Origin: Eledone cirrhosa | Lineage: Eukaryota | Assembly: GCA_964016885.1 (NCBI GenBank) | Contig: OZ024765.1 | Coordinates: forward strand, 16,926,001-16,990,000 | Direction of reading: 5' to 3' | DNA length: 64,000 nt | Shown here: positions 13,301 through 29,035 of the stretch, piece by piece | How the letters are laid out: every line of letters begins with the position of its first letter | Numbering within the stretch: position 1 is the stretch's first letter | The notes under the pieces: generated by a model | The model's database searches: none | Told to the model about the DNA's origin: nothing | The model's input: only the letters and a program-made list of their open reading frames with translations | Position numbers and translations under genes: made by a program

Positions 13301-14057
13301 TTCTTAATAATTCTGGTGTTTTCTGTTTTGTTCTTTTCTGGATTCCTTCAATAGCTTCTCCGTATTTTCTGAAGTCGTCTGACCATGCCCCAAAACAATA
13401 TTCTAGGTCGTATCACACATATCATTCAACTAGTGTTTTAGACCTCTCGACATTTAGCTAGGCAAAGGAATGTTTTATTATTCCCATCATCTGAATTCCT
13501 TTTTTTTCTTCAACATGTTTAGCCATCTTTAAAATCATATTCATACATATTCACAATTCCTCGTGGAGGGGTATAAGAGACATGTATAAATATAGCTGCA
13601 TATTACTACAAAATAACTTGAACCATATCGCGAAACATTTTGTAAAGTATCTCTGTAATTATTCTCATTTCGATTTTCTGTAGAATGTATTGACGTTTAA
13701 GATAGAGACAATTGCCCTTCTTCTAATAATCTCTTTGTTCATTCCATGTTTAGTCTCACAAAATATTGTTAATGCAAGATTTTGCTCTAATGTAATAAAT
13801 GTTACTTTTAAAAGCCCGAAGTTCTCAATTTTCTTCTTTCTCTTGTATATTGATATCTAAAGGATGACAAATGTATGAATTATGTGGTAGGGAGGAAAAA
13901 GCCACGACCTTCTTCTCTCGTTACAGAAGGCTAACTGACAACGTCTTTCGCAGGAGTGACTAGTACTACTGCCTTTTATATACCGTGACAACTGTAAAGA
14001 CGTGACAAATAAGGATACACTCTGCTCTCCTTATCAACATTGTCCGAGTCTGAAGAC

Positions 14058-14257
14058 NNNNNNNNNNNNNNNNNNNNNNNNNNNNNNNNNNNNNNNNNNN
14101 NNNNNNNNNNNNNNNNNNNNNNNNNNNNNNNNNNNNNNNNNNNNNNNNNNNNNNNNNNNNNNNNNNNNNNNNNNNNNNNNNNNNNNNNNNNNNNNNNNNN
14201 NNNNNNNNNNNNNNNNNNNNNNNNNNNNNNNNNNNNNNNNNNNNNNNNNNNNNNNNN
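14058..14257. other. Assembly gap (200 N)
   Basis: Run of N. Confidence 1.
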
Positions 14258-14840
14258 AAGGGTCTCACTACAATTCCGTCCCACCTAGTAAACTTGTCTA
14301 TAGTTTAGCAGTACCAGTGAGAGACTTGATGACTGTCGTTAGGGAATAGTAACCAGAAATTTTGTTTCTATACCTTTAACATTCTCGGTATTCTTCTATA
14401 TATTTACCCCATATTGTTTTACTTATTGTTTCGACTCCCCCCCCCCCAGTATACTTGCTTGACCTCCTGCCCTGCTGTAGTTGGCACTATCAACGCACGA
14501 GTGGGTTTCCTCCACCCTCTCTCCCTCTTTCTTCTACTGGTAGGTTCAGCTACCCCTTCCTTCCACAAATTGCCATGATAGAATTGTGTCTCAACAACAA
14601 ACTTTTGACCAATCCTTGTGACAATCACTTTTACCATATATGGAATTATCCCCTGAGAAGCTCGGCTATTCATATACCAGGATAAAAATGTTCATTTAGT
14701 CCAGAATTAGCCGTTGAAACGGCTTGAGCTCAGCCGTCGGGGTCCTACTCGTTCCTATTACCCACTCTACTACCCTAAGTATTGAGTACTTTGGTGCGTT
14801 ATGGTCCACCTGGTTCCTTACCACATTTCCTTCGTTATAT
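14258..14840 (-). mobile_element. Probable Penelope-like element fragment plus a terminal sequence also at 41860-42013, 51760-51920, 52590-52695
   Basis: Disrupted minus frame ends ..TIDKFTRWDGIVVRP at the gap (resembles PLE IVIRPxDKG); the 14730-14840 segment recurs, always next to (TA)n. Confidence 0.45.
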
Positions 14841-14890
14841 ATATATATATGTATATAATTATTATATATATATATATATATGTATATAAT

Positions 14891-14936
<46 letters not shown>

Positions 14937-15028
14937 CAAGCTGAGAAGAGCGGACGTTAAATGATGATAATATATAAATATTCGTTTGCTTAGCTGCAGC
15001 CAGGGCTTCGATTATGCTGTACTAAATT

Positions 15029-15077
<49 letters not shown>

Positions 15078-15857
15078 GAATATAAAATGAAAGTGCTTTT
15101 ATAAAGGAATTTATTACGTATTGACATATGTTTCTGTAACAGACGGAATACCTATGTATCGCTGCTTGCGTAATCATATAATGTTAGCAAGTATTCGATA
15201 GCAAATGTATAATCAGTTGTTACTTATTCAGAGATATTGGATAAATTGGAAAAAATCGGAAAAATTGAAGTATTTATATTAGTTGTAAGAAAGGCAGAAG
15301 AGAGGGAATAGTATATGACAGATGGCAATTCAATTTGCTGGTAAACAAATATATAGAAGGTTTTTAATGAGAATACAATGTGTATATAGCTTATTTTATC
15401 TAAATAAGAATTTTTGGGAGTGCCTATTTTAATCTATATTTGACCAATTGAACAATGGACAGGGATGGTCGTTTGGTGTAGTATTATTAATACATCTGTA
15501 TTAATACCATAATTATATGGTATATATATATACCATATAATTATGGTATATATATATATACCAGAAACAAGATGGCGTAGGACAGAACAAAGGAGAGGCA
15601 CAAAAACAAAGAAAATAATCCCCAGTCACTGAAAAGGTCACAGAATGTGTGACGAAAGAACTTTGACAATATATATAAACAACCATCTGGTTGTGAAACC
15701 AACCAACCGGAAATTTATAAATTCCTAAATTTTTAAATTTATTATAATAAATTGAAGTGAAGGCATCTGGTGCGTGTGTTTCTTATTGGCAACATGACCC
15801 TCCCAAAGTATAACAATATATATATATATATTTAATAAATATATATATATATATTTA

Positions 15858-15953
<96 letters not shown>

Positions 15954-16103
15954 ATAAATATATATATATATATATATTTAATAAATATATTTATATATAT
16001 ATATAAATATATATATTTATATAAATATATATATTTATATATATATATAAATATATATATTTATATAAATATATATATATAAATATATATATATAAATAT
16101 AAA

Positions 16104-16540
16104 ATATAAGAACAAAAGATGGTTAAAGGAGTTCCATGTATTTTATTATGCGCATTTCAAAAACAAAGATCATCATGCAATAATATTTGTGTTTTCATCA
16201 GATAAAACAGGAGGACATGATATGAAGGCTAAAAAACACTTGTGGATAGTGCAGTTTTAAATCAACAGTTTTAAATCAACATATGTTGATTTAAAACTGC
16301 ACTATCCACAAGTGTTTTTTAGCCTTCATATCATGTCCTCCTGTTTTATCTGATGAAAACACAAATATTATTGCATGGTGATGTTTGTTTTTGAAATGCG
16401 CATAATAATATACATGGAACTCCTTTAACCATCTTTTGTTCTTATATATTATGTATACTCCAGTCCTACAAACTGTAGAGTGCTTCTTATCCGATATCTG
16501 CATTGCTTTATTGTACTACAATAAAACTCACCTCCTACAT
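16104..16540. mobile_element. Fold-back hammerhead-bearing element, family F1 (copies 28547-28952, 42172-42532)
   Basis: ~170-bp inverted arms centred ~16283, shared ~90-bp tail, flanked by (TA)n. Confidence 0.8.
16342..16412 (+). ncRNA. Minimal type I hammerhead ribozyme (mirror copy on minus 16139-16209)
   Basis: TGTTTTAT-CTGATGA-stem II-GAAA-TGCGCA-TA-ATAATATA. Confidence 0.75.
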
Positions 16541-16547
16541 ATATATA

Positions 16548-16598
<51 letters not shown>

Positions 16599-17069
16599 GT
16601 AGATAAATCTACCAAGAGTTTACGGTATATATTTCATTATTTCTGAAGACGGCATATATATGAGTTGGTATGTATATTTGATTTTGATAGTTTGTATAAT
16701 TTTGTATAATTTTGTACATAGATCTGTTAAATATACATGCCAATTCTAACACATATATATCCCAGAAACGATCGTTAAATAATGAACTTTTTTTGTTTAA
16801 TATAAGGAACTGTTTCATTGTTTTATTCATTATTTTTTTAATATTTTATATATATATATAAATGTGAGAAAAACCACAGACCCTCCATCTCAACTCTACT
16901 TTTGAAAAGCAAAAGAACTGCGAAACCGGTAAAGGAACCAAATAAATATATATAATTTTAAAAAAAATAAGACTCCAGTTGCATTTTCGATTTCATCTCT
17001 TTTTCTTTATACTTTAACTCGTGTAGGACACCGGTTATTTTTCAATTTGTAAAAAAAACCTCACTTTCT

Positions 17070-19140
<2,071 letters not shown>

Positions 19141-19212
19141 TCTTGATTCGTGTCGTATTGCTTCACAGACGCACATTTGCTGTGCCTGGGTGAATGTAAT
19201 CAGTATTCCACA

Positions 19213-19256
<44 letters not shown>

Positions 19257-19670
19257 TGTGGAATACTGATAACATTCACTAGCGAGTTTTAAAATTCCCT
19301 TTTTGGCATATAAATCTGCGAGAGTCCTGGTTATCTGTTGAGCTCTACTGACGATTGAAATCCAACCGTGAACATCTCCACTGAAAGTTTTCATGAAATA
19401 GTCTTTAAGACTATACAGAGCATTTGAAGTTTTTCCAAATTGAAGGATGAGTATTTTAGACTTTATTTTATCATGAGTTAAGGGTCTATTGATTTTTCCC
19501 TGGATTTCACTAAATTCTGTGGATGAATTTATATCCTGATTCTATTTGAGATGATTTTGAATTATTTTTCCCACATCTTACGTTAACTATTTTTCCCATC
19601 CTGACGACATAGTCGCATATATGTCATAGAATACTGTTAGCTTCTCGCTACAACAATTTCTATACCTTTC

Positions 19671-19706
<36 letters not shown>

Positions 19707-19779
19707 GTTATTCCGGGTTGAATCGGAGGTAACCACAGTAAGTAAGGTACTCAATACATAGCAGAGTATACACATTTTA

Positions 19780-19884
19780 ATATAGATGAGATTCTACAGG
19801 ACTAGAACTGCTTCATTCTTTAGAAATCATCAGAAACCTGATGATTTCTAAAGAATGAAACAGTTCTAGTCCTGTAGAATCTCA

Positions 19885-19891
<7 letters not shown>
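19780..19891. mobile_element. Palindrome with hammerhead core (CTGATGA 19838, GAAAC 19857, GTC 19869); related to 43660-43800 and 44480-44610
   Basis: Near-perfect ~55-bp inverted arms; core motifs in order; stem I strand is displaced. Confidence 0.6.
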
Positions 19892-19944
<53 letters not shown>

Positions 19945-19983
19945 TTTGGACACAAAGCATATATCTATTACACACACACACAT

Positions 19984-20015
<32 letters not shown>

Positions 20016-20050
20016 TTATGTATACGTGATTTGGACATAAAGTATATATA

Positions 20051-20084
<34 letters not shown>

Positions 20085-20411
20085 ATTTGGACACGAAGCA
20101 TATATCTATTACACACACATGCACACACATATATATATACATATATATTTATGTATACATGATTTGGACATAAAGTATATATATGTGTGTGTATATATCA
20201 TTTGGACACAAAGCATATATCTATTACACACACATACACACACACATATATATATACATATATATTTATGTATACGTGATTTGGACATAAAGTATACATA
20301 TGTGTGTATATATATATATGACACAAAGCATATATCTATTACACACACACACACACATATATATACATATATATTTATGTATACGTGATTTGGACATAAA
20401 GTATATATATA

Positions 20412-20474
<63 letters not shown>

Positions 20475-20568
20475 TTTGGACAAAGCATATATCTATTACA
20501 CACACACACATACACACACATATATATATATATTTATGTATACGTGATTTGGACATAAAGTTTATATA

Positions 20569-20611
<43 letters not shown>

Positions 20612-20713
20612 TTTGGACACAAAGCATATATCTATTACACACACACACATACACACACATATATATATACATATATATTTATGTATACGTAATTTGGACA
20701 TAAAGTATATATA

Positions 20714-20763
<50 letters not shown>

Positions 20764-20848
20764 TATATATATCATTTGGACACAAAGCATATATCTATTA
20801 CACACACATATATATATATATATATACGTGATTTGGACATAATGTATA

Positions 20849-20910
<62 letters not shown>
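19892..20910. repeat. ~120-150-bp variable minisatellite with TA/CA runs
   Basis: ATCATTTGGACACAAAGCATATATCTATTAC..GTGATTTGGACATAAAG repeated ~7 times. Confidence 0.9.
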
Positions 20911-20912
<2 letters not shown>

Positions 20913-21159
20913 TGTGTGTGTGTATGTGTATGTGTGTATGTTGAAATCACTTTTCTGGAGCCTTTTAGATTATTTCTCGTATTATCTCGCATATTCTCAT
21001 TTCCCGTTTTACCACATATTCCTATTGTGTCTAACCCACCCCACTCTCCCAATCTACTACATTCTATTCCACAAACAAATTCCATGTATTCTTATATTCC
21101 CTCATCCTTATATTCCATCCTTTTGCGTCATCCAACGTCCTTCTCTCTTTTTAAGCCTG

Positions 21160-22160
21160 CTTCTCTCTCTCACTCACTCACTCTCTCTCACTCACTCTCT
21201 CTGTCTCTCACTCTCTCTGTGTCTGTCTGCCTCGCACTCTCTCTCTCTGTCTATCTCTCTCTCTCTCTCTCCCACACATTCTCCACCTTCCTCTAGCTCT
21301 CTATCCCACTCTCTATGTCTGCCTCTCTCTTTATCTCTATTCCTCTCTCTCTCCTTCACGCTCACAGACCCACAAACAAACACACACACACACACTCACA
21401 CACTCTCACACACAAACACAAGCCCACACAAATACACACACCCTCCCTCACACACACTCACACAAACACACTCTCTCACACACACACACACACACACACA
21501 AGCCCACAAACACACACAAATACACAAACACACACAGGTCCACAAACACTCACACATACACATACACACATCACCCACTTCCTACCCCCTCTCTCTCTCT
21601 TCCTCTTTTCCTAACGATCTCAATCAAACCTCATTTCCGGTACAAATCACCTGACACATCCGGTCACTTAAAAGTGACTTCCACCATTTTCTCACTTACC
21701 TAAAGACCCATTCTTTTCTTTGTCACGCCATTTATCGACAATTCTCGTTTCGTTTGTTCGACGCCATTTCCTCTTATCACAATCCACTCATATCCACCCC
21801 GTTAGTTCCACTCTTCTCACCCTGCCCCACTCCACTCTTCTCACCCAAACCCACCCCACGCCGCTCTACTCACCCCACCCATTCCACTCCACTCCACTCT
21901 ACTCTACTCACCCACTCCACTATACTCACCGCACCCCACTCCACTCACTCCACTCTACTCACCGCACCCACTCCATTCCACTCCACTCTACTCTACTCTA
22001 CTCATTCCACCCCACTATACTCACCGCACCCACACACTCACCCCACTCTACTCTACTCACCGCACCCACTCCACTCTACTCTACTCACCCACTCCACTCA
22101 CCGCACCCACTCCACTCTACTCACTCCACCCACCCACTACACTCTACTCACCCCCATTTC
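21160..22160. repeat. CT/CA and (CCACT)n low-complexity tracts
   Basis: Direct inspection. Confidence 0.9.
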
Positions 22161-22305
22161 CGCAATATTCTCTCGACTTTCCAATTTCCGAAGGAAATTA
22201 CTTAAGTTTCCTTTAACGTAAATTGAAATATAGTTTTCCTTCCACCCAATAGCGAAAACTACATCTATCTTTTGTCACGAGTTTTGGGTGTCCTTTTGGC
22301 CTGAC

Positions 22306-23125
22306 ATGGAGGAGGCGGAGAGGGTGCTGGAGGGGGAGGGGGGGGCACAAGAATAGGAAGAAGAAGAAGAAAGAGACGACGAAGAAGAAGGAGAAGTGAA
22401 GAAAAAAAAGAAGAAAAAAAAGGAGGAGGCGGAGAGGGTGCTGGAGGGGGGGGGGGGCACAAGAAAACGAAGAAGAAGAAGAAAGAGAAGAAGAAGGAGA
22501 AGTAAAGAAAAAAAGGAGGAGGCGGAGAGGGTGCTGGAGGAGGGGGGGGGCACAAGAAAACGAAGAAGAAGAAGAAAGCGACGACGAAGAAGGAGAAGTA
22601 AAGAAAAAAAAGGAGGAGGCGGAGAGGGTGCCGGAGGGAGGGGGGGGCACAAGAAGAAGAAGAAGAAGAAAGAGACGACGAAGAAGGAGAAGTAAAGAAA
22701 AAAAAGAAGAAAAAAAAGGAGGAGGCGGAGAGGGTGCTGGACGGGGGTGGGGGTGGGGGGCAAGAAAACGAAGAAGAAGAAGAAGAAGAAGAAGAAAGAG
22801 ACGACGAAGAAGGAGAAGTAAAGAAAAAAAAGAAGAAAAAAAAGAAGGAGGAGGCGGAGAGGGTGCTGGACGGGGGTGGGGGTGGGGGGCAAGAAAACGA
22901 AGAAGAAGAAGAAGAAGAAGAAAGAGACGACGAAGAAGAAGGAGAAGTAAAGAAAAAAAAGAAGAAAAAAAAGAAGAAAAAAAAGAAGGAGGAGGCGGAG
23001 AGGGTGCTGGACGGGGGTGGGGGTGGGGGGCAAGAAAACGAAGAAGAAGAAGAAGAAGAAGAAGAAGAAAGAGACGACGAAGAAGAAGGAGAAGTAAAGA
23101 AAAAAAAGAAGAAAAAAAAAGAAGA
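22306..23125. repeat. Purine-rich minisatellite, 7 units of ~95-140 bp
   Basis: GGAGGAGGCGGAGAGGGTGCTGG-G-run-(GAA)n-AGAGACGACG repeated. Confidence 0.9.
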
Positions 23126-23209
23126 CAGTTGCAAGTTCAGACTACATTTCCAGTAAGTTCGAGTTTAGTTTGTAATAACATTACATCTCTAAATGGTGCC
23201 ATCCCATAC

Positions 23210-23680
23210 TGCTACACTGTGACCTCTGACCAACCTGACCTCTGACCTTAAAACACCAACAACGTGACCCCTAACTTCAAAACACTAACAAGGTGAACTG
23301 ACCTCAAAACACCAACAACGTGACCTTTGACCTCAAAACACTAACACTGTGACCTCTGAGCGCAAAACACTAACACTGTGACCTCTGACCTCAAAAGACC
23401 AACACTGTAACCTCTGACCGCAAAACATTAACTCTGTGACCTCTGAACTCAAAAGACCAACACTGTGACCTCTGACCGCAAAACACCAACACTGTAACCT
23501 CTGACTTCAAAACACTAACACCGTGACCTCTGACCGCAAAACACCAACACTGTGACCTCTGACTTCAAAACACTAACACCGTGACCTCTGACCGCAAAAC
23601 ACCAACACTGTGACCTCTGACCTCAAAATTTCAACAACGTAACCTCTGACCTCAAAATTTCAACAACGTAGCCTCTGACC
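23210..23680. repeat. ~30-bp minisatellite AAAACACYAACACTGTGACCTCTGACCTC
   Basis: About 15 diverged copies. Confidence 0.9.
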
Positions 23681-25184
23681 AGTAAAAAAAGAAAATTTGA
23701 CATCAAACACCAAAACTATGGAATTTGAACTTAAAACGCACAATAAACCTAACCAGATCCCACAAATCATTGTTTGACTTTATTTATCGATCCCAAAAGA
23801 ATGGTTTCTAATTTAGACACGAGACCAACAATTTGGGGGGGAGGGGAAAGTCGATTAAATCGACGTCAGTGCATTACTGGTATTTTATTTTATCGACTCC
23901 AAAAGTTAATTGAGAAGGCACAGAACTGGATCAAATACCGGAAAATATCTTCACTGACTCTTTAAAAATTTCGCAAATACTAGTCCTACTTTACTTATCG
24001 ACCTCTACTGTACTGGCGTTTGAGTTAACAGCCCACGAAAGGATAAAAGTCAAAGTTGACCTCGGCGGAATTTGAACTCGGAGAGCAGCGAACCGGATCA
24101 AAATGCGACGCTCAAACGACTCGCTTGTCTCGCTTGTCTGTCTCGTGTTAACACAGTTCTGAATGTTAACAATTTCAACAGCAACTGCAAGCACGAAGCA
24201 GCCATTGGGAGCAAAAGTAAAACCCAGCAACTACTCAGCTCTTTACCCCCAGGGAATGCAGATAAAATATAAATATTTAAAGGATACCAGCATATAAAAA
24301 TCAACGATCTAAAATTATCAAAAAAAGAAAAGCCGGTTTTCCGATAAAAAGTCCTTTTTGTGAACTCGCTAATAGACTTCCATTTTGTATTAAGTTTACC
24401 GTCTCCTACTGCATTTAACTTTTGATATTGTCGCCCGAAGGCAAAGCAGACAAATGGATAGAATTGCACGTCGACAAATATATGTAAAATTTAATTTATA
24501 AAGTAAAATTCGGCAGACACAAACTGTAAAAGCCCGTAATATATATATATATACCCTCTTCGGATTTTAGTCTTCACATTTATTATTTTCTTCTTACCTA
24601 TTTCTTTCTTCCTCTCTCTTCGCTTTCACTCATTCCTTCATGGCCTTTTGATAGATAAAAAGCAATAGGCGCGCTACGGAGCGATGTTCTGTTTATAACG
24701 TGCCGAAACATCCATGATCCGTAGTAAACAGCTGACGAAGGGAAACTTTTCATCTCTTGTTTGTGTCCCCTTACCTTCTAACACTTCGTTTTCAGTAACC
24801 ACACAGCCTCGCCTTCTTAACCCATTTTTTTGTATATATATATATATATAAAAATTCTATTTAAATGGTTTAATAAAACTCGTTTATTCTGGTATTATTT
24901 TATTTTTCCTCTCACATAAATAGATACACACACATATATGTGTGTGTATTTACACACACACATATATATATATACATGTGTGTGTGTGTATACATGAATA
25001 TGTGTGTGTATAGATATATACATATATATATGTATACATATATATGTATATATATATATATGTATACATATATATATATGTATACATATATATATATATA
25101 TATGTATACATATATATATATACATATATATATATATCTGTATACATGTGTGTGTGTGCGCGCGCTGATAGGAAATGCATAGTT

Positions 25185-25995
25185 AGCAAGTTAACCTCAC
25201 AAACTAACTGCAAAACTAGGAATGTAGTATATAACATAAGATGTACTGAAGGACAGTGTAGGAATAAGAATATAACATAACATAGATGAAACAGCCTGTA
25301 GTATAGGAGAAAGGATAAGTGAACACTGGTGAGAACTCCAGGATGGTAATAACTCATCAGTACTCCACCAACATGCCAAAATAGAACATAGGGACACATT
25401 AGAGAGCATAGAGATAACAATTATATCCACACACAGAAAAGATGCAATGCTCAGATAAATCACAGAGGCAACAAATATAAACGAACTCCAACCAAAACTA
25501 AACAGGAAACGAGTGGAATAGCAACATCACAACTAGTAATTAAGGACAAGATGAAGACATAGACACACACAAAAACCAAACTAACAAAACAACTGAGACT
25601 CACACAGATAGAACAAACAACCAACTAGCGACAAGTAAATAAACAAATAAATAAATAAATAAACACACACACACACACACACACACGGATATAACGCATG
25701 CGCAAACTAAGCTCACAGCACACAATACAAGATGGTGTAGGACAGAACAAAGGAGAGACACAAAATAAAAACCTAGTCACTGAGGAGGTCACAGAATGCG
25801 TGACAAAAGAGACGATATATAAACAACCATCCGGATATCGAACCAACCAACCAATCGGAAATTTATAATAAATTGAAATGAAAACAAACAGGTGCGTGTG
25901 TTTTTATTGGCAATATGACCCACCCAAAGTATAACAATATATGTTTCAACACAAGTTTTCAGATAGGAAATCTTGCAAAACAAATTCAAAAATGC
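25185..25995 (+). mobile_element. Penelope-like element 3' part: GIY-YIG endonuclease pseudogene and 3' region with degenerate hammerhead (~25775-25815)
   Basis: [58 protein letters not shown]; homologous to 47640-47920. Confidence 0.9.
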
Positions 25996-26014
25996 AATAT
26001 ATATAGTAATGATA

Positions 26015-26635
26015 AAAGAGATAGAGAAGAAGAATTGACACCAGTACTAAACTGGTACATCTCAAAAGGAGGAAATGCAAATTGAACATGGCGGAACTTG
26101 AACTCAGACATAAGAGATAGAGAAGAAGAATTGACACCAGTACTAAACTGGTACATCTCAAAAGGAGGAAATGCAAATTGAACATGGCGGAACTTGAACT
26201 CAGACATAAAAGATAGAGAAGAAGAATTGACACCAATACTAAACTGCTACATCTCAAAAGGAGGAAATGCAAATTGAACATGGCGGAACTTGAACTCAGA
26301 CATAAAAGATAGAGAAGAAGAATTGACACCAGTACTAAACTGGTGCATCTCAAAAGGAGGAAATGCAAATTGAACATGGCGGAACTTGAACTCAGACATA
26401 AGAGATAGAGAAGAAGAATTGACACCAGTACTAAACTGGTACATCTCAAAAGGAGGAAATGCAAATTGAACATGGCGGAACTTGAACTCAGACATAAAAG
26501 ATAGAGAAGAAGAATTGACACCAGTACTAAACTGGTACATCTCAAAAGGAGGAAATGACAATTGAACATGGCGGAACTTGAACTCAGACATAAAAGATAG
26601 AGAAGAAGAATTGACACCAGTACTAAACTGGTACT
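26015..26635. repeat. 96-bp SINE-derived minisatellite, ~6.5 copies
   Basis: Period 96; unit resembles SINE core (CCAGTACT..CTGGTAC..AAAGG..GCAAA..GGCGGAA.TTGAACTCAGA) and runs into a SINE at 26610-26767. Confidence 0.85.
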
Positions 26636-26979
26636 GTTCTTATTTCCACTGCGAAAGGATGAAAAAGGCAAAGCTGACTTGCATGGCATCTGAACTCAGA
26701 GAACCGGAACCAATACCACAAAATCATTCTCTACGACGCTCTAACGACTTTACCAAATCACTGCCTTACTGTACATCTAGATATACAGAAACAACTGTGT
26801 ATTTTAAATTTACAGTTTATTTAGTTTCTCATCATTAGCCAATCATTACAAAGGGAATCATATTTTCTTGTTTTACGGCTTTAATCTACGTAAAGATCTA
26901 AGAATTACTGAAGAACATAAACAACTGCAAAATTACAGTTATTGGCCTTTAATGTTTGTGTAGTTTATATTAATAATAA

Positions 26980-26996
26980 ATCTAGCTATCTATCTA

Positions 26997-27027
<31 letters not shown>

Positions 27028-27586
27028 AGCCATCTCTCTATCTATGTAGCTATCTCTCTCTCTCTTACCATCTATCTATGTAGCCATCTCTCTCTCTCTT
27101 ACCATCTATCTATCTATGTAGCCATCTCTCTCTCTAACCATCTATCTATCTATGTAGCTATCTCTCTCTCTAACCATCTATCTATCTATGTATCCATCTC
27201 TCTCTCTCTCTCTCTCTCCAACCATCTATCTATCTATGTAGCCATCTCCCCCCCCTCTCTCTAACCATCTATCTATCTATGTAGCCATCTCTCTCTCTCT
27301 CTCTAACCATCTATATATCTATGTAGCCATCTCTCTCTCTCTCTCTCACCATCTATCTATCTATGTATCCATCTCTCTCTCTCTCTCTCCAACCATCTAT
27401 CTATCTATGTAGCCATCTCTCTCTCTCTCTAAACCATCTATCTATCTATGTAGCTATCTCTCTCTCTCTCTCTCTCTCTCCAACCATCTATCTATCTATG
27501 TAGCCATCTCTCTCTCTCTCTCTAACCATCTATCTATCTATGTAGCCATCTCTCTCTCTCTCTCTCACCATCTATCTATCTATGTA

Positions 27587-27629
<43 letters not shown>

Positions 27630-27691
27630 ATCTATCTATCTATGTAGCCATCTCTCTCTCTCTCTAAACCATCTATCTATCTATGTAGCTA

Positions 27692-27722
<31 letters not shown>

Positions 27723-28350
27723 ATCTATCTATCTATGTAGCCATCTCTCTCTCTCTCTAAACCATCTATCTATCTATGTAGCTATCTCTCTCTCTCTCTC
27801 TCTCCAACCATCTATCTATCTATGTAGCCATCTCTCTCTCTCTCTCCAACCATCTATCTATCTATGTAGCCATCTCCCCCCCCCCCTCTCTCTCTAACCA
27901 TCTATCTATCTATGTAGCCATCTCTCTCTCTCTCTAACCATCTATCTATCTATGTAGCCATCTCTCTTTCTCTCTCTAACCATCTAGCTATCTATGTAGC
28001 CATCTCTCTCTCTCTTTCTAACCATCTATCTATCTATGTAGCCATCTCTCTCTCTCTTTCTAACCATCTAGCTATCTATGTATCCATCTCTCTCTCTCTC
28101 CAACCATCTATCTATCTATGTAGCCATCTCCCCCCCCCCTCTCTCTAACCATCTATCTATCTATGTAGCCATCTCTCTCTCTCTCTAACCATCTATCTAT
28201 CTATGTAGCCATCTCTCTTTCTCTCTAACCATCTATCTATCTATGTAGCCATCTCTCTCTCTCTCACCATCTATCTATCTATGTATCCATCTCTCTCTCT
28301 CTCTCTAACCATCTATCTATCTATGTAGCCCCCTCTCTCTCTCTCGCTCT
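26980..28350. repeat. Composite (CT)n/(ATCT)n satellite
   Basis: AACCATCTATCTATCTATGTAGCCAT(CT)n repeated. Confidence 0.95.
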
Positions 28351-28510
28351 CTCTCTCTATATATATATATATATGAAATTAGGAAGAAAAATATATTTAT
28401 TTTCCTTTTTTGTTTCTCTCTCTTTTTTCTGGGTTAGTAAATCATTAAAACGAAATGTTTTACTTTGTGTGAAGTGTTAAGGTATTAGTTGATTTATTTA
28501 TTATTTAACA

Positions 28511-28554
<44 letters not shown>

Positions 28555-28756
28555 AGATCAAAAGATGGTTAAAGGAGTTCCATATATTTTATTATGCGCA
28601 TTTCAAAAACAAACATCATCAAGCAATAATATTTGTGTTTTCATCAGATAAAACAGGAGAACATGATATGAAGGCTAAAAAACACTTGTTGATAGTGCAG
28701 TTTTAAATCAACTGCACTATCCACAAGTGTTTTTTAGCCTTCGTATCATGTTCTCC

Positions 28757-28827
28757 TGTTTTATCTGATGAAAACACAAATATTATTGCTTGATGATGTT
28801 TGTTTTTGAAATGCGCATAATAAAATA
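28757..28827 (+). ncRNA. Minimal type I hammerhead ribozyme (mirror on minus 28585-28655; related minus copy 42208-42278)
   Basis: Stem I TGTTTTAT/ATAAAATA, CTGATGA, long stem II, GAAA, palindromic TGCGCA, ATA cleavage triplet. Confidence 0.85.
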
Positions 28828-28951
28828 TATGGAACTCCTTTAACCATCTTTTGATCTTATATTATGCATACTCCAGTCCCACAAACTGTAGAGTGCTTCT
28901 TATCCGATATCTGCATTGCTTTATTGTACTACAATAAAACTCACCTCCTAC

Positions 28952-29004
<53 letters not shown>

Positions 29005-29035
29005 CCATATATCTGTCTAACCATCTATCTATCTA

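Larger units (their letters stand above)
1..14057. repeat. Tandem macrosatellite, unit ~4.56-4.58 kb (unit starts 1, 4564, 9144, 13725), truncated by assembly gap
   Basis: AATAATCTCTTTGT.. recurs at these positions; identical ORFs recur at 2316/6884/11465; copies differ only by scattered SNPs/indels. Confidence 0.98.

Noticed and set aside
1-14057. Endogenous virus/Polinton, rDNA or histone repeat
   Set aside because: No polymerase, capsid, integrase, rRNA or histone similarity visible; the unit contains host LINE debris.
13966-14349. ORFs spanning the gap
   Set aside because: Artefacts of N translation.
24670-24750. Hammerhead-like words (GAAAC..ATC, CTGACGA)
   Set aside because: Stems cannot be completed; too degenerate to call.
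25340-25345. In-frame TGA in the GIY-YIG region (about 25330-25345) as selenocysteine
   Set aside because: The copy has other stops and frameshifts; most simply a nonsense mutation.
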